Assembly (NCBI GenBank): GCA_964036045.1
Contig: OZ038378.1
Coordinates: 29,326,001 to 29,390,000, forward strand
DNA: 64,000 bases
DNA from: Eutreptiella sp. 'Long Island Sound 2002'
Lineage: Eukaryota; Protista; Euglenida
Reading direction: 5' to 3'
Each line of letters opens with the position of its first letter. Positions within the stretch are counted from its first letter, which is position 1. A program made the position numbers and the translations under genes. The notes under the pieces were generated by a model. That model did no database searches, was not told the DNA's origin, and was given only the letters and a program-made list of their open reading frames with translations. This document shows, piece after piece, positions 10,911-24,364 of this stretch.

Positions 10911-13900
10911 TAGTCACTTTTGATTTTGATTTTGTCCCCTTTGTTGGGAGCCCCGAGAAGGTAGGGGTTACGTCCATTCCGCCCACTTTCGGCCCCCGGA
11001 GAAGGCATTGGTTATGAAGCCGCTTCTGATGTTGTCCCCTTCGTTGGGGACCCCCGGGGACGCCACGGTTACGTAGCCCTTCCTCGGAATTCTGTTTTTT
11101 GTTGGGGACCCCGTGAAACATCCGCGGACATCCGCAAAACGTCCGCGGACATGCGGAAAACGTCCGCGGACGTCCAGGAAACATTCGCAGACTTCCCGAA
11201 AACGTCGCGGTTACGTAGCCCTTCCGCCCATTTCTAGGCCCCACAAAATGTAGGGGTTATGTAGCCACTTCTGATTTTGTTCCCCCCGATAATGCACGGA
11301 GTATGTAGCCATTCCGCCCAAATTAGGGCCCCCGAAAAGGTAGGGGCTATATATGCGCTTCTGAGTTTGTCCCCTTTATTGGGAACCCCGAAGACTGCAG
11401 CGGTTATGTAGCCCTTGTGCCCAATTCTAGACCCCCAAGAACGTATTGGTTATGTAGGCACAACAGATTGTATCCCCTTTGTTGGGGACCCCTGTGAAGG
11501 CAGGGGTTATGTAGCCATCCTGCACAACTGTGGGCTCCTGAGAAGGTAGGGGTTATGTATCCACTTCTAAACTTGTCCCCTTTGGTGGGGGCCCCTAGAA
11601 CGCAGGGGTTATGGGGCCATTCTGCCCAATTCCGGGCCCCCGGAGAAGACCCTGGCTATGGAGCCGCGTCTACTTTGGTCCCCCTTTTTTGGGACCCCTG
11701 ACAACGCAGGGTTGGGTCACTATTTTACGCGCGCACTGCACGCACATTGTGTGCTACTTTTAGGACACACTGCCCCAAGAAGCTCTAAACCTAGCCTCCC
11801 CTCCAAACAGCCCCCCAAATAAGCCTCTAGACGGTCCACATTGGTCGTAATGTCCCTTGTACTGCCTTAGGCCAAGATCACATGCTAAATAGACAACAAA
11901 GGATAGCTGTGTACCCCATTTCCGCAAATCTGAGCGCGCGCACCGCGTCAAGTGCTCTTCCAAAGGGGACAAAATCAGAAGTGGGCCCCAACAAAAGGGG
12001 ACAAAATCAGAAGTGGATACATAACCCCTGCCTTCTAGGCGGCCCGAATTGGGCACCCCCGATTGTCTCTTTGTATGGGCAGTTTCAAGAGGGGGAAAAG
12101 CATGGGAAACACACCGTGAAAGTAGTGCGCAGCGCACGCGGTACGCAAATACTCCCCCTTTGTTGGGGACCCTTGTGAAGGCAGGGGTTATGTAGCCATC
12201 CCGCACAACTCTGGGCTCCTGAGAAGGTATGGGTTATGTATCCACTTCTAAACCTGTCCCCTTTGGTGGGGACCCCTGTGAACGCAAGGGTTATGTAGCC
12301 ACTTTTGATTTTATTACCTTTTGTGGGGACGACATAGAACACAGGGGTTGTGTAGCTGCTTGTGATTTTGTCTCCTACGGTGGGGACCACCGGGAAGGCA
12401 GGGGTTATTTAGCCAAACCTCCCAATTTGGGCCCCCCGAGAAGGCATGGGTTATGTAGCGACTTCTTGTTTTGCTACCTTTGTTGGGGACCCCTGAGAAG
12501 GCATGGGTTATGTCGCCACTTCTTGTTTTGGCCCCTTTGTTGGGGACCCTGAGAAGGCATGGGTTATGCAGCCTTCCACCCAATTTTTGGGCCCTCGAGA
12601 AGGCGGCAGTTATGTAGCCACTTTCTAATTTTGTCCCTTTGTTGGGGATCCCCAAAACGGAGGGATTACGTAGGCACTCTACCCAAGTCTGGGTTGCCGA
12701 GAAAGCAAGGTTTATGTCAGCACTTCTGATTTTTTTCTGCTTTCTCGGGGACCTCTGAGATCGGAGGGGTTATGTAGCCATTCCGCCCAAGTTTGGACCC
12801 CTGAGAAGGCATGGTTTGTAGCCACTTCTAGTTTTGTCTCTTTTGTTGGGGATTCCCGAGAAAGTAGGGGCTATGCCGCCATTCCGCCCAACTTTGGCCC
12901 CCCGAGCAGGGACAATTTATGTGGCCACTTCTCATTTTGTCCCTTTTGTTGGGACTCCCAAGAGTGTAGAGGTTATGTAGCTAGCCCGCTCAATTTTCCG
13001 CCCTTGAGAAGGTAGGGCTCATGTGGTCCCTTCTGTTCTTGTCCCCTTTGTTGGGGTCTGCCGACACCGAAGCGGTTATGTCGCCATTCTACCCAAATTT
13101 GGCCCCCGAGAAGCCAGGGTTCATGCAGCCAGTTTTGATGTTGTCCCCTTTAGTGGGGATCCCCGAGAACATAGAGGTTATGTCCCCAATTTTGCTCAAT
13201 TCTAGCCCCTTTGGAAGGCAAGGGTTGTGTAGCCACCTCTAATTTAGTCCTCTTGTTTGGGAAACCCCGAGAAGGCAAGGTTGCAAAGCCATTCCGCCCG
13301 ATTTTGGGCCACCGAGAAGGCACTTCTGATGTATTCCTTTTTTTGGGGGACCCCCGAGACCGCAAGGGTTATGTAGCCATCCCGTCCAACTTTGCGCCCA
13401 TGAGAAGGTAGGGGTTGTGAAACCCCTTGTGATTTTGTCCTTTTGTTAGGGATCCCCAAGAACACAACAGTTGCGCAGCCATTGTGCCCAATTTTAGGCT
13501 CCCGAAAAGCCACTCATTATGTAGCTACTTCTGATTTTGTCCCCTTTGTTGGGGACTGCCAAGAAGGCAGGGGTTATGCAGCCATTGTGACCAATTGTGG
13601 ACCCCCGTGAAGGCAAAGGTTATGCAGCCACTTCTGATTTAGTCCCCTTTGTTCAGGACCCCGTGAACGCACGGGTTAGGTACCCGTTCCCCCCAATTCT
13701 TGGCCCTTGAGAAGGCAAGGGTTATGTGGCCATTTCTGATTTACTCCCCTTTGTTGGGGACCCCCGAGAATGTAGGGGTTCTGTAGCCATTCCACCCAAG
13801 TCCCATCCCTCGATAGGTAGGGGTTATGTAGCCACTTCTCATTTTAGTTCCTTTTGATGGGGACCCCTGAGAACGCAAGGGTTATTTAGCCATCCCGCCC

Positions 13901-14714
13901 AATTCTATCCCCACGAGAACGCAGGGATTGCGTAGCCATTCTGCCAAACTTTTGCCCCCAAGAAGGCATTGGTTATGTAGCCGCTTCTCATTTTGTCCCC
14001 TTTTTTGCAAACGCAGGGGTTATGAAGCTACTTTTGATTTTGTCCCTCTTTTTGTGGACCTCCTAAAAGGCAGGGGTTACGCATCCATTCCAATTCCGAG
14101 CCCCCGAGTAGGGAGGGGTTTGTATAGCTATTTCTGAGTTAATCCTTCTTTTTGCGGACCCCCAAGAAGGCAGGGATTATGTAGCCACTTCGCCCAATTT
14201 TGGGCCCCGAGAAGGCAGGGGTTGTGTAGCCACTTCTGATTTGGTCCCCTTTGTTAGGGACCCCCTAGAAGGCAGGGGTTATGTAGCCATCCCTCCCAAT
14301 TACTGACCTCCGAGAGGGGAGGCGTTATGTAGCCACTTCTTGTTTTGTCCCCTTGTTGGGGACCCTTGAGAAGGAAGAGATTACGTAACCACTCCTCCCA
14401 ACTTTGGGCCCCTGAGAAGGCAAGGGTTATGTAGCCATGTCTGACTTTGTTGAGAATGCTGGGGTCATGTTGCCATTCTGCCCAATTTTGGGCCCCCGAG
14501 AAGTCTAGAGTTGTGTAGCCACTTCTGATTTTGTTCCTTTGTTGGGGACCCCGGAAAACGCAAGGGTTATGCAGCCATTGTGCCCAATTTCGGTGCCCCC
14601 GAGAAGATGGTGTTTATGTAGCCGCTTGTCCCCTTTGTTGGGGACCCTTGAGAAGGAAGGGGTTGTGTAGCCATTCCGCCCACTCTTGGGCCCCCGAAAA
14701 CGTTAGGGTTATGT

Positions 14715-15800
14715 TTTTGGTACCCTCTTTTCAAGGTCAAGCACACCTTTTTTGCGATGTTTTTGCTATGGTTTATGCCACTAGCAAGAAAGTTCAAACC
14801 ACAAAGGGTGCAGAAGTGGATGCCGTTCGGGCTTTGATGAACGTCATGTGCACCGAGCTTTTCCACACCAAGCATCACGGCATTCTAGGTAGGTGGGAGG
14901 AATCATTTGGTGTTGAGGTCGAGAGGAGCCCCTTCAAGGACAGCCGGATAAAGTTCCTTCGCACTTTCGTTGAGGATGTCCAAACCCGCTTTAATGAGTT
15001 TCGGTTGGCGGTGTTCCGGTGGAGAGTTGGGTTGAAGCAAGTTTGGTGTTCGTGTGAGAGAGTGTTCAGCTACGTGACGGCCATTGAATATGGTTAGAGC
15101 ACGGAGTGCATGGGTGAGACTTTGTGGGTGAGGTGTAATGGGGAAGCACCAGAGGACTGGGGCCCATTTGAGGTGTTTGATGAGCTCCACAAGACCCCTT
15201 TTCGTCCACGGAAGCAGAAGCAAGGGTATGACGTTGAGGTGGAGGATGGAGGATTGCTTGGGTTTGCTGCTTTCAAGCACCTGCAGGTTTCTTTGGAATA
15301 GGGTGCAGAGGCGGAGGTTCCTTTGAACATTCAAGATTTGTGCGTGTCCCTAAAAAGACACCTCGTGACACCGCTATTTAGGATGTTTTTGGTGTTGGGT
15401 CGGTGGACGAGGGCGAGGATAGTGAGGATGAGGATTTGGACCGGCTGGGTGAAGTTGCTAGTGGCTCCTCTTCTTACTTTCGGACCCAACCTGCCCTATC
15501 TCCTTCCGTGACCCAAGCCCAATCCCCTAACTCCTCTAACCTTGCCCCACAGTTGGTGTTTAGGTATGATGTCCATGAGAGTGGGGGAGGTTGCATGAGG
15601 GAACTGTTGAGTTCAAGGCCATTTGTAGGAAGTATGATTTGGCCGTGAGAGGGGGGAAGGGTAAGCTAATGGACTGTGTCAAGGTGCACTTCCAAGGGTT
15701 GTCCAGAAGTAGGGAGTTTGTTACCAGCTGTGATACCGGCGATGGAACATTCGGGTGGTCGAACGCTGTGTCACTTCATTGGACAGAAAAATTACTTCTG
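14715..15800 (+). pseudogene. Decayed unassigned ORF relic (probably transposon-derived) with a SAP-like motif
   Basis: Broken protein-like frames (QAHLFCDVFAMVY...; ETLWVRCNGE...; FKAICRKYDLAVRGGKGKLMDCVK), with stops and frameshifts. Confidence 0.35.
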
Positions 15801-16750
15801 GTCATGTTGACTTGTGCGGGGTGTCAAGTAGGGTTGGGATGCAATCATTGAACACATGTGGGGGTAGGAACAATCGGTTGAATAATTGAACACATGTGGG
15901 GCTAGGAACCAATGGTTGAGCAGTTGAGAACCCATGGGTGAAGGCATGAAGGGCTAGGAACCAATGGTTGAACACTGTAGTGCTTGCGGGCTTGTTGGGG
16001 AAAACTATGTTTTGGAACACTTTTTTCCCCCCCTTAAGGACTGCCCTGGGCATGGCCGGCTGTCATTGCTAAATCTCCTCCTCACGTCAACATACCAGTG
16101 CACTTTGTACTCCCCTCGCATGCACCAGGACACAATGCGACATGTGGTAGTGAGGCACATTTTGCGTTCATCGATGCGCTGGAGTTGTATTTTTTGCATT
16201 TACATGTGTCATCGGAAAGGTCAGTGAAAACATTTGATTGTGATGAGAACACGGATGCAAAGAGGACGGGGCTACGATAGCAAAGGCCAATCTTGATGGA
16301 AGGAGACTGGAACAGCTGCTTATAATTGGTGGTGTAGTGGAAGAGAAGACAGGGCCATTGAGACGCAAAATGGGGATGTTTGGAGTTTTCTTCTGACTTC
16401 AGGGGCATCGTCCACATGCTCATTTTGTGAGCAAAATGATGAACAACAACAGTGCACTGTACCTAACGGTCCTGATGGAAAAAGGGGCAAGCATGCCCAC
16501 CTCCGCCCGTGCCACCCTGGCACGGATCTAAAAGCATGCAAGCCATCAATTCACCTACTCAACCCCAGAAAGCACCACTGCAATACGGCCAAAAGTAACC
16601 ACCACGCCTCCAGCCAGTGTTCTTGGGATCTTCAGCCTGAGCCCTATCCACTGCAGCTTCAGCTCATTTCTCAGCCCCATCGCTGCGCCTGAGACCTCTT
16701 TGTCCGGCCCCACCCCATCCCCAAGCCCCAGCCCTGTCCCTTGCCCTCAG

Positions 16751-17042
16751 GGATCGCGGATGGTGTTTTTGGACTACGTCGATGGCAACATCACCAATTG
16801 CACGTGGACGGACCTATCCATTATTGGCAACGTTCGACCGGATTGGTTCATGGACAAACGTGGGGACTCCACAGACGTCCAGTACCTTGGGGACCAGCAC
16901 GTGTACTACCTCGGACAGCCCCGGCTGGTCAAGCAGTGGAGGAAGATGGACTTCGCCAATCAGTACTTCACTATGTCTATGCAGGCGAACCCTGGGGCCG
17001 ATGGTGTGCACTGGCCACTCATTCTAAACATTCCAGGCGAAG
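16751..17042 (+). CDS. Exon 2 (GSRMVFLDY...GNVRPDWF...YLGDQHV...WRKMDF...IPGEG)
   Basis: C-rich tract ending CCCTCAG| (phase 0); donor GAAG|GTGTGT (phase 1). Motifs G..RPDW and YLG..HV match the ependymin-like/At4g14100 family as recalled. Confidence 0.85.
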
Positions 17043-17635
17043 GTGTGTCGCTGCTTTCCTACCTGTCTTATGTTTGCCAAACTAGTCTTTGGGGTGCTGA
17101 ACACTAGTTTCAGAGGTTTTGATCCCAATTCACCATCTTTTTGCTGCAACCACATGCCACAACCAGCTCGCCTTTGGCGGCCTCTAGTTCCACAACACGT
17201 TAGAAACTCGTCCAAAATGACTTTCCAATGGCCCAACATCTGCGCATTTTTGGCTGCGCAGCTCAAAACAAGAATGGCCCATACCTTGGGCTGCATTGCT
17301 GAAAAACCGATTCCCCAAGGTACATAGTCCACCTGCAACCACCCACTTTTTGTGGTTTTCACCCCTCCAAATCGCCCAAACAGACACCTAGACCCCCGCA
17401 CCGTGGGCCACTTGGCTCCAGCGAGCAGCGAGATTGAGTCAAAGCTGGTTGGGGCGCCAATGGGTCCACCAAAAAATGACCTTTTCCAAAATTGATCCTA
17501 TGCTGCTTGGGATGCCAAAACAACTGGTTTGAGCCAAGTTTCAGTCTATTTGGGCTTGTTATGGCGAATACGCAGACCAGGGGGGTCCTTAACAGAAAAC
17601 AAAAGGTCCGCTACGCCGGAACTGCAGGGAGGTCC

Positions 17636-20600
17636 CCTAACCCTAACCCTAGACATTACCCTAAACCTTACCCGCACCCAACCCTAACCCCAACCGGAGC
17701 CCTAACCAGCATTGAATATTGGGACCGAGCTGGTGGGGGAAGAACATTGTCTAGGAGACTTTAACAACAAATGAGGTACGCACTCGAAAGTGGACGAGAG
17801 CGGCTCAAATGGGGCTCAAAATGAGCCGTATTCATTCGTTTGGGCACCACAACTGGACTAGGATCATGTTTGGAAAACCATGGTTTTGACCCGTTTTTGA
17901 GCCATTTGTGGTCCCAAAGTGGCCCATTTTCAAGGCCCTTTGAGCCTTGAGAGGGGCCAAAATTGCTCAACATGGGCTCAAAATGGACTCATTCCACTTG
18001 TTTGTGCACCCCAAATAGTTCAAAGGTATCTTTGGAAAAACACATTTTGATCCATTTTTGACTGATTTTTTATCCCAAAACAGCCCATTTTCTAGGCATT
18101 TTGTGACTTTGGAGTGGCCAAAATGGCTTACACTGGGCTCAAAAGGGGCTCATTTCACTTGTTTGGGCACCCCAAACGGTATAGGATCATTTTTGGAAAA
18201 ACACACCTTTAGTCCATTTTTGACCCATTTTTGACCCATTTGTGACCCATTTTTGGTCGCAAGACAGCACATTTTCAAGGCTTTTTGTGACTTTGGAGGG
18301 GCCGAAATTGCTTGCAATGGGCTCAAAATGGGCTCATTTCACTTGTTTAGGCACCCCAAATGGTCTAGGATCATTTTTGGAAAAACACATTTTTGACCCA
18401 TTTTTGACCCATTTTTGGTCGCAAAACAGCAGATTTTCAAGGCATTTTTGGGATTTTAGGAGGGCCACAACGGGCCACCACGAGGTCAAAACGTGCCGAA
18501 AACACTTGTTTTGGCATTGGATGTGGTCCAAGATCATTTTTTTTGAAAAAGCTCTTTTTTTTTTTGCACCCAGTGGACCTTGTTGACCAATTTTGGCACC
18601 CACCTCTTTGGGCTACCTCTTGCGGCTTGCCACAGCCCACTGGGCCTAGGTACGGTTGTCTAGGCGTCGGTTAGGGCAATTTTGAGGGTTGGAAACCAAC
18701 AAAAGTGGGTGGTTGCAGGTGGATTAGGTGCGCTCGAAATCGCGTTTTGAGCCACAGAGCCCAAGATATGGTATGTTCACCGAGCTGGTGGAACTAGTCT
18801 TGGTTGTATAACCCTCTTTAGTGTCTAGAGTGGACCTAAGTGGTCTAGCAAGCAAGCAAGCAAGCAGCAAGCACGCGCGAAATGGGCAAAAATCACAGCT
18901 CTGTCATGGTGCTTCAGATTCGGCCAAACTTTTCGTGGATGCTACCTATGGGTGTGAGGGACAACCACACAAAGTATGAGCAAGAAACTCAATGGCGGCG
19001 GCCGGGAACGGGCGTTGCAAGTGCCCGACCTCCAAGTCAAAATCTGCAATTTAGGGCCAAAATCAGCCTTTTTTTTTGTGCCCAAAACCACCCTAGAACC
19101 TGCTGAAAACGTCCAAATGAAAGGAAATAGTGGCTACTCTACACATACAGCTAGACTTCCCTGTGTTTTAGGGCCCTCTAGGGCCCTCTAACTCCACAAT
19201 ATGTTCCGCGAAACGCCCCCCGGCCCCCAAAATCCCTAGAATTTGTGCACATTGGCCGCCGAGGTGGGTACCAAAATTGGTCAACAAGGTCCACCGGGTG
19301 CAGAAAAATGACTTTTTCAAAAATGATCTTGGACCACATCCAATGCCAAAACAAGTGTTTTTGGCGCGTTTTGAGCTCGTGGTGGCCCGTTGTGGCCCTC
19401 CTAAAATTCCAAAATGCCTTGAAAATCTGCTGTTTTGGGACACAAAATGGGTCAAAAATGGGTCAAAAATGTGTTTTTCCAAAAATGACCGCAGACCATT
19501 TGCCCAAACAAGTGAAATGAGCCCATTTTGAGCCCATGGCAAGTCATTTCGGCCCCTCCAAAGTCACAAAATGCCTAGAAAATGGGCTGTTTTGCGACAA
19601 AAAACGGTCACAAATGGATCAAAATGTATTTTTCCAAAGATACCTTTGAACTATTTGGGGTGCACAAACAAGTGGAATGAGTCCATTTTGAGCCCATGTT
19701 GAGCAACTCTGGCCCCTCTCAAGGCTCAAAGGGCCTTGAAAATGGGCCACTTTGGGACCACAAATGGCTCAAAAACGGGTCAAAACCATGGTTTTCCAAA
19801 CATGATCCTAGTCCAGTTGTGGTGCCCAAACGAATGAATACGGCTCATTTTGAGCCCCATTTGAGCCGCTCTCGTCCACTTTCGAGTGCGTACCTCATTT
19901 GTTGTTAAAGTCTCCTAGACAATGTTCTTCCCCCACCAGCTCGGTCCCAGTATTCAACCCTGGTATGGTCTGTTTTCGGTGTGGGGCTGTGGGCGGCCAA
20001 TGTGCACAAGTTGTGGGGCGTTTAGGGGTGCTTTGGGGGCGTTTCACGGACACATTGTGGAGTTAGAGGGCCCTAGAGGGCCTTTCGGCACAGGGAATTC
20101 TAGCTGCAAGTGTAAAGTAGCCACTATTTCTTTTTATTTGGACATTTTCTAGGGTGGTTTTGGGCAAAAAAAGGCTGATTTTGGCAGATTTTGAAATGGA
20201 GGTCCGGCGTTTGCAACCCCCGTTTCCGGCCGCCGCCATTGAGTTTCTTGCTCATACGTTGTGTGGTTGTCCCTCACACCCATAGGTAGCATCCACCAAA
20301 AGTTTGGCCGAATCTGAAGCACCACGACAGAGCTGTGTTTTTTGCTCATTTGGCGCGTGGTTGCTGCTTGCTTGCTTGCTAAACCTGTTAGGTCCACCCT
20401 AGACACTAAAGAGGGTTATAAAACCAAGACCGGTTTCACCACCTTGGTGACTCTAACCCTAATCCTTGCCTTGGCCCTGACCGAACCCTAGCACTAACCC
20501 CAACCCTAGGTTGGGCTAGGGTTAGTGTGAGGGCCAAAGTCAGGGTTAGCGTTGGGGTCACCGTGCCGGTGGAACCAGTCTTGGTTTTATAAACTTGTTT

Positions 20601-20644
20601 AGTGTCCGGGGTGTACCTAACTGCTTTAGCGAGCAACAAGCAGA

Positions 20645-20676
<32 letters not shown>

Positions 20677-23520
20677 CGTGCGAAACGGGCAAAAATCACA
20701 GCTCCGTCATGGTGCTTCAAATTTGGCCAAACTTTTCGTGGATGCTACCTATGGGTGTGAGGGACAACCACACAAGGTATGAGCAAGAAACTCAATGGCG
20801 GCGGCCGGGAACGGGCGTTGCAAGTGCCGGACCTCCATTTCAAAATCTGCAATTTAGGGCCAAAATCAGCCTTTTTTTTGCCCAAAACCACCCTAGAACC
20901 TGCTGAAAACGTCCAAATGAAAGGAAATAGTGGCTACTCTACACATACAGCTAGACTTCCCTGTGTTGAGGGGCCCACTAAGGCCCTCTAACTCCACAAT
21001 ATGTTCCGCGAAACGCCCCCCCAAAGGCCCCCAAAATCCCTATAATTTGTGCACATTGGCCGCCAACGGCGCCAAACCAAAAACGGACTATATCTTGGGC
21101 TACGTGGCTCAAAACGTGATTTCGAGCGCACCTAATCCACCTGCAACCATCCACTATTGGTGGTTTCCAACCCTCAAAATTGCTCTAACTGACGCCAAGA
21201 CCCCCATACCTAGGCCCAGTGGGCTGCGGCAAGCTGCAAGAGGTAGTTCAAAGAGGTGGGTGCCAAAATTGGTCAACAAGGTCCACCGGGTGCAAAAAAA
21301 TGACTTGTTTCAAAAATGATCTTGGACCACATGCAATGCCAAAACAAGTGTTTTTGGCACGTTTTGACCTCGTGGTGGCCCATTGTGGCCCTCCTAAAAT
21401 CCCAAAAATGCCTTGAAAATCTGCTTTTTTGCGACCAAAAATTGGTCAAAAATGGGTCAAAAATGTGTTTTCCCAAAAATGAGCCTTGACCAATTGGGGT
21501 ACCTAAACAAGTGAAATGAGCCTTTTTTTTTTTAGCCCATGGCAAGCCATTTTGGCCCCTGGCATGCCACAAAATGCTTGGAAAATGGGTTGTTTTGCGA
21601 CCAAAAGTTAGTCAAAAATGGATAAAAAGTGTGTTTTCCAAAGATACCTTTTAACTATTTCGGGTGCACAAACAAGTCGAATGATTCCATTTGAGCCCAT
21701 GTTGAGCAATTTTGGACCCTCTCAAGGCCGAAAGGGCCTGGAAAATTCGGCCAATTTCGGAGGACAAATGGCTCAAAAACGGGTTAAAACCATGGTTTTC
21801 CAAGACTCACCCTAGTTGCCCAAACGGATGAATACAGCTCATTCTGAGCCCTCTTTGAGGCGCTCTCGTCCACTTTCGAGTGTGTACCTCATTTGCCGTT
21901 GAAGTCTCCTAGACGATCTTTCTTCCCCCACCAGCTCGGTCCCAATATTCAATCTTGGTTAGGGTTGGGGTTGTAGTCTAGATGAGGGTCCTATCTTCGG
22001 GTTAGGGCTAGGATTTTAGGGTTGGGGTTGGGGTTAGGGTTAGGGTTGGGGTCACCAAGCTGGTGGAACCAGTCTTGGTTTTACAACACTTTTTAGTGTC
22101 TAGGGTGGACCTACCAGGTTTAGCAGCAAGCAAGCAGCAAGCAAGCAGCAAGCAAGCAGCACGCGCGAAACGGGCAAAAATCAAAACTCCGTCGTGGTGC
22201 TTTGGATTTGGTTGAAATTTTGGTGCATGATACCTATGGGTGTGAAGTACAATCACACAAAGTTGGAGCAGGAAACTCCATGGTGGTGGCCGGGAACGGG
22301 ATCCGCAAGTGGCGGACCTCAGTTTCAAAAACTGCAGTTTAGGGCCAAAAACAGCCATTTTTGGGCCAAAAAAGCCCTGGAACACATTGAAAACGGCCAA
22401 ACGAAGGGAAACGGTGGATACACTCCACGTGTGGCTTGACTTCCCCGTGTCAACGAGCTCTTTGCGGCCCTCTAACTCCATGATATGTCCCGGAAACGGC
22501 CTAATTAGGCCCCCAGAAGCTCCAAATGCCGACAGCCACAAACCAAGAATAGGCCATATCTTGGGCTACATGGCTCAAAATGCAATGCCAAGGGCACCTA
22601 CTCCACCTGCAACCCCCCACTTTTTGTGGTTTCCACCCCTCGTAATTGCCCAAACGGACGCCTAGACCCCAATACCTATGCCCACTAGGCTGCGGCAAGC
22701 TGCAAGCTCAAGCCCAAACAGCTGGGTGCCCAAATGGATCAACAGGGTCCAGTAGGGGCAAAAAGATGACTTTTCTCCAAAATGATCCTCGACCATGTGC
22801 GACGCTAAAACAAGTGTTTTTGGACCGTTGTGAGCTTATGGTGGCCCATTTTGGTCCTCCGAAAATCCCAAAATGCCTTGAAAATGGGCTGTTTTGGGAC
22901 TAAAAATGGGTCAAAAATGGGTGAAAAACGCATTTTTCCAAACCTCATCCTAGACCATTTGGGGTGCACAGGTGGGTGAAATGAGCCCATTTTAAGCCCA
23001 TTTTGGGGCATTTTGGCCCCACAGAAGTCCAAAAAGCCCCGAAAGTGGGCCTCGTGGTGATGGGGTTCACTTGCAAGCTGATTTCACTTTGTCAAGAGCC
23101 ATCAATATGTGAATCATTCTTGATGTCTGTCACCAGTCATAGCTGATGTTCCCTCCCCCACCAGCTCGGGCCCAATATTCAGTCTTGATTAGAGTTAGGA
23201 CGTAGAGTAGGGGTATGGTTAGGGTTAGGGTTGGGGTCACCGAGCTGGTGGAACCAGTCTTGGTTTTATAACCCTTTTTAGTGTCTAGGGTGGACCTACC
23301 AGGTTTAGCAGCAAGCAGCAAGCAAGCAGCACACACGAAATGGGTAAAAATCAGAACTCTGTCGTGGTGCTTTGGATTTGGTTGAAATTTTGGTGCATGA
23401 TACCTATGGGTGTGAAGTACAATCACACAAAGTTTGAGCGAGAAATTGGACGGTGGCGACCGGCAACGGGCTTCGCGGGTAGCGCCCCCAAGTTTCAAAA
23501 TTTGTTAAAAACGACCAAAA
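17636..23520. mobile_element. Cluster of ~1.1-1.4-kb non-coding TIR-like units separated by degenerate telomeric (TTAGGG/CCCTAA) tracts
   Basis: Units start ..GGTC-ACCGAGCTGGTGG (18779, 20560, 22054, 23239) and end CCACCAGCTCGGT-CCCAATATTCA (19945, 21940, 23170). Inverted partial copies at 17712-18770 and 19960-20450. Telomere-like tracts at 17636-17708, 20452-20553, 21957-22050 and 23185-23235. Confidence 0.75.
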
Positions 23521-23629
23521 AATGCCATTTTTTGGTAGTTACGAGTGCCTAGCATGTCTTTGTAGGGGGGAATTGGCATGGAAACCAATGTAGATGTTGA
23601 ACGAACACTTTTGGTCACTGTCTAGTCGA

Positions 23630-23945
23630 GTTCCAATTCCCCTCCCCTCCTTTTGTGTGGGCAAATGGCTTTCGCTTCATCGCGGTCCCATTAATTTGTG
23701 CCACTTGAGTTCCAATTCCCCTCCCCTCTTTTTGTGTTGGCAAATGGCTTTCGCTTCACCGCGATCCCATTCATTTTTGCCACATGAGTTCCAGTTCCCC
23801 TCCCCTCTTTTTGTGTTGGCAAATGGCTTTTGCTTCACCGCGATCCCATTAGTTTCTTCCGCGTCGATTCCACCTCCCTTCCCCTCTTTTTGTGTTGGCA
23901 AATGGCTTTCGCTTCACCGCGATCCCATCAATTACCTCCAATGTG
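23630..23945 (+). repeat. ~85-bp tandem repeat, about 4 copies
   Basis: CCCTCCCCTCTTTTTGTGTTGGCAAATGGCTTTCGCTTCACCGCGATCCCATT recurs at about 23640, 23720, 23800 and 23880. Confidence 0.85.
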
Positions 23946-24364
23946 CCTTTCCATTTCACCGCAATCAAGCAATGTCCTGCGTGGCCGGTACCTTTTTGAC
24001 CGTATTTTGAATTTCGCTTTGTGCCATTTCGCCATATCATTACACCCCCGAGGAATTTTTTTGCGAGAGTATAACGGGGGACCTTTGGATCGGTGCTGGG
24101 TGTGATGGGCCAAAAACGGGTCAAACCGGGCTCAAAATGGGCTCAATTTACTTTCTTGAGCATTCTGAAGTGGTCCGGGGTAATTTTTGGGAAACTCTGG
24201 TTTTTGACCCATTTTTGACCCATTTTTGCTACAGACTTCTTCTTCGCATAGTCTCAGCACGAGTTCATTGGAGCGGCTGAATTGTGTGTTTCCTAGGCGC
24301 ATGGGGGCTAAACGAAGACCGTTATTGGCGGGTGGGAGGGTCGAAAAGAGACAGAGGGATGCAC

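Larger units (their letters stand above)
7430..14710 (+). repeat. ~103-bp dimeric satellite (subunits ~58 and ~46 bp) inside intron 1
   Basis: Consensus GGGGTTATGTAGCCACTTCTGATTTTGTCCCCTTTGTTGGGGACCCCCGAGAA..CAGGGGTTATGTAGCCATTCCGCCCAATTTTGGGCCCCCGAGAAGGCA repeated dozens of times. Interrupted at 9200-10910, 11110-11210 and 11710-12150. Confidence 0.95.

Noticed and set aside
7192-14878. Many short ORFs with GVPNKG/SGYIT motifs
   Set aside because: These are translations of the 103-bp satellite.
20452-20553. Telomere-telomere fusion scar
   Set aside because: Orientation is CCCTAA then TTAGGG, the opposite of an end-to-end fusion. It is explained by back-to-back repeat units.
17761-23552. 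Repeated short ORFs (MLSNFGPSQG.., MGKNHSSVMV..)
   Set aside because: They recur only as parts of non-coding repeat units, in both orientations, with inconsistent frames.
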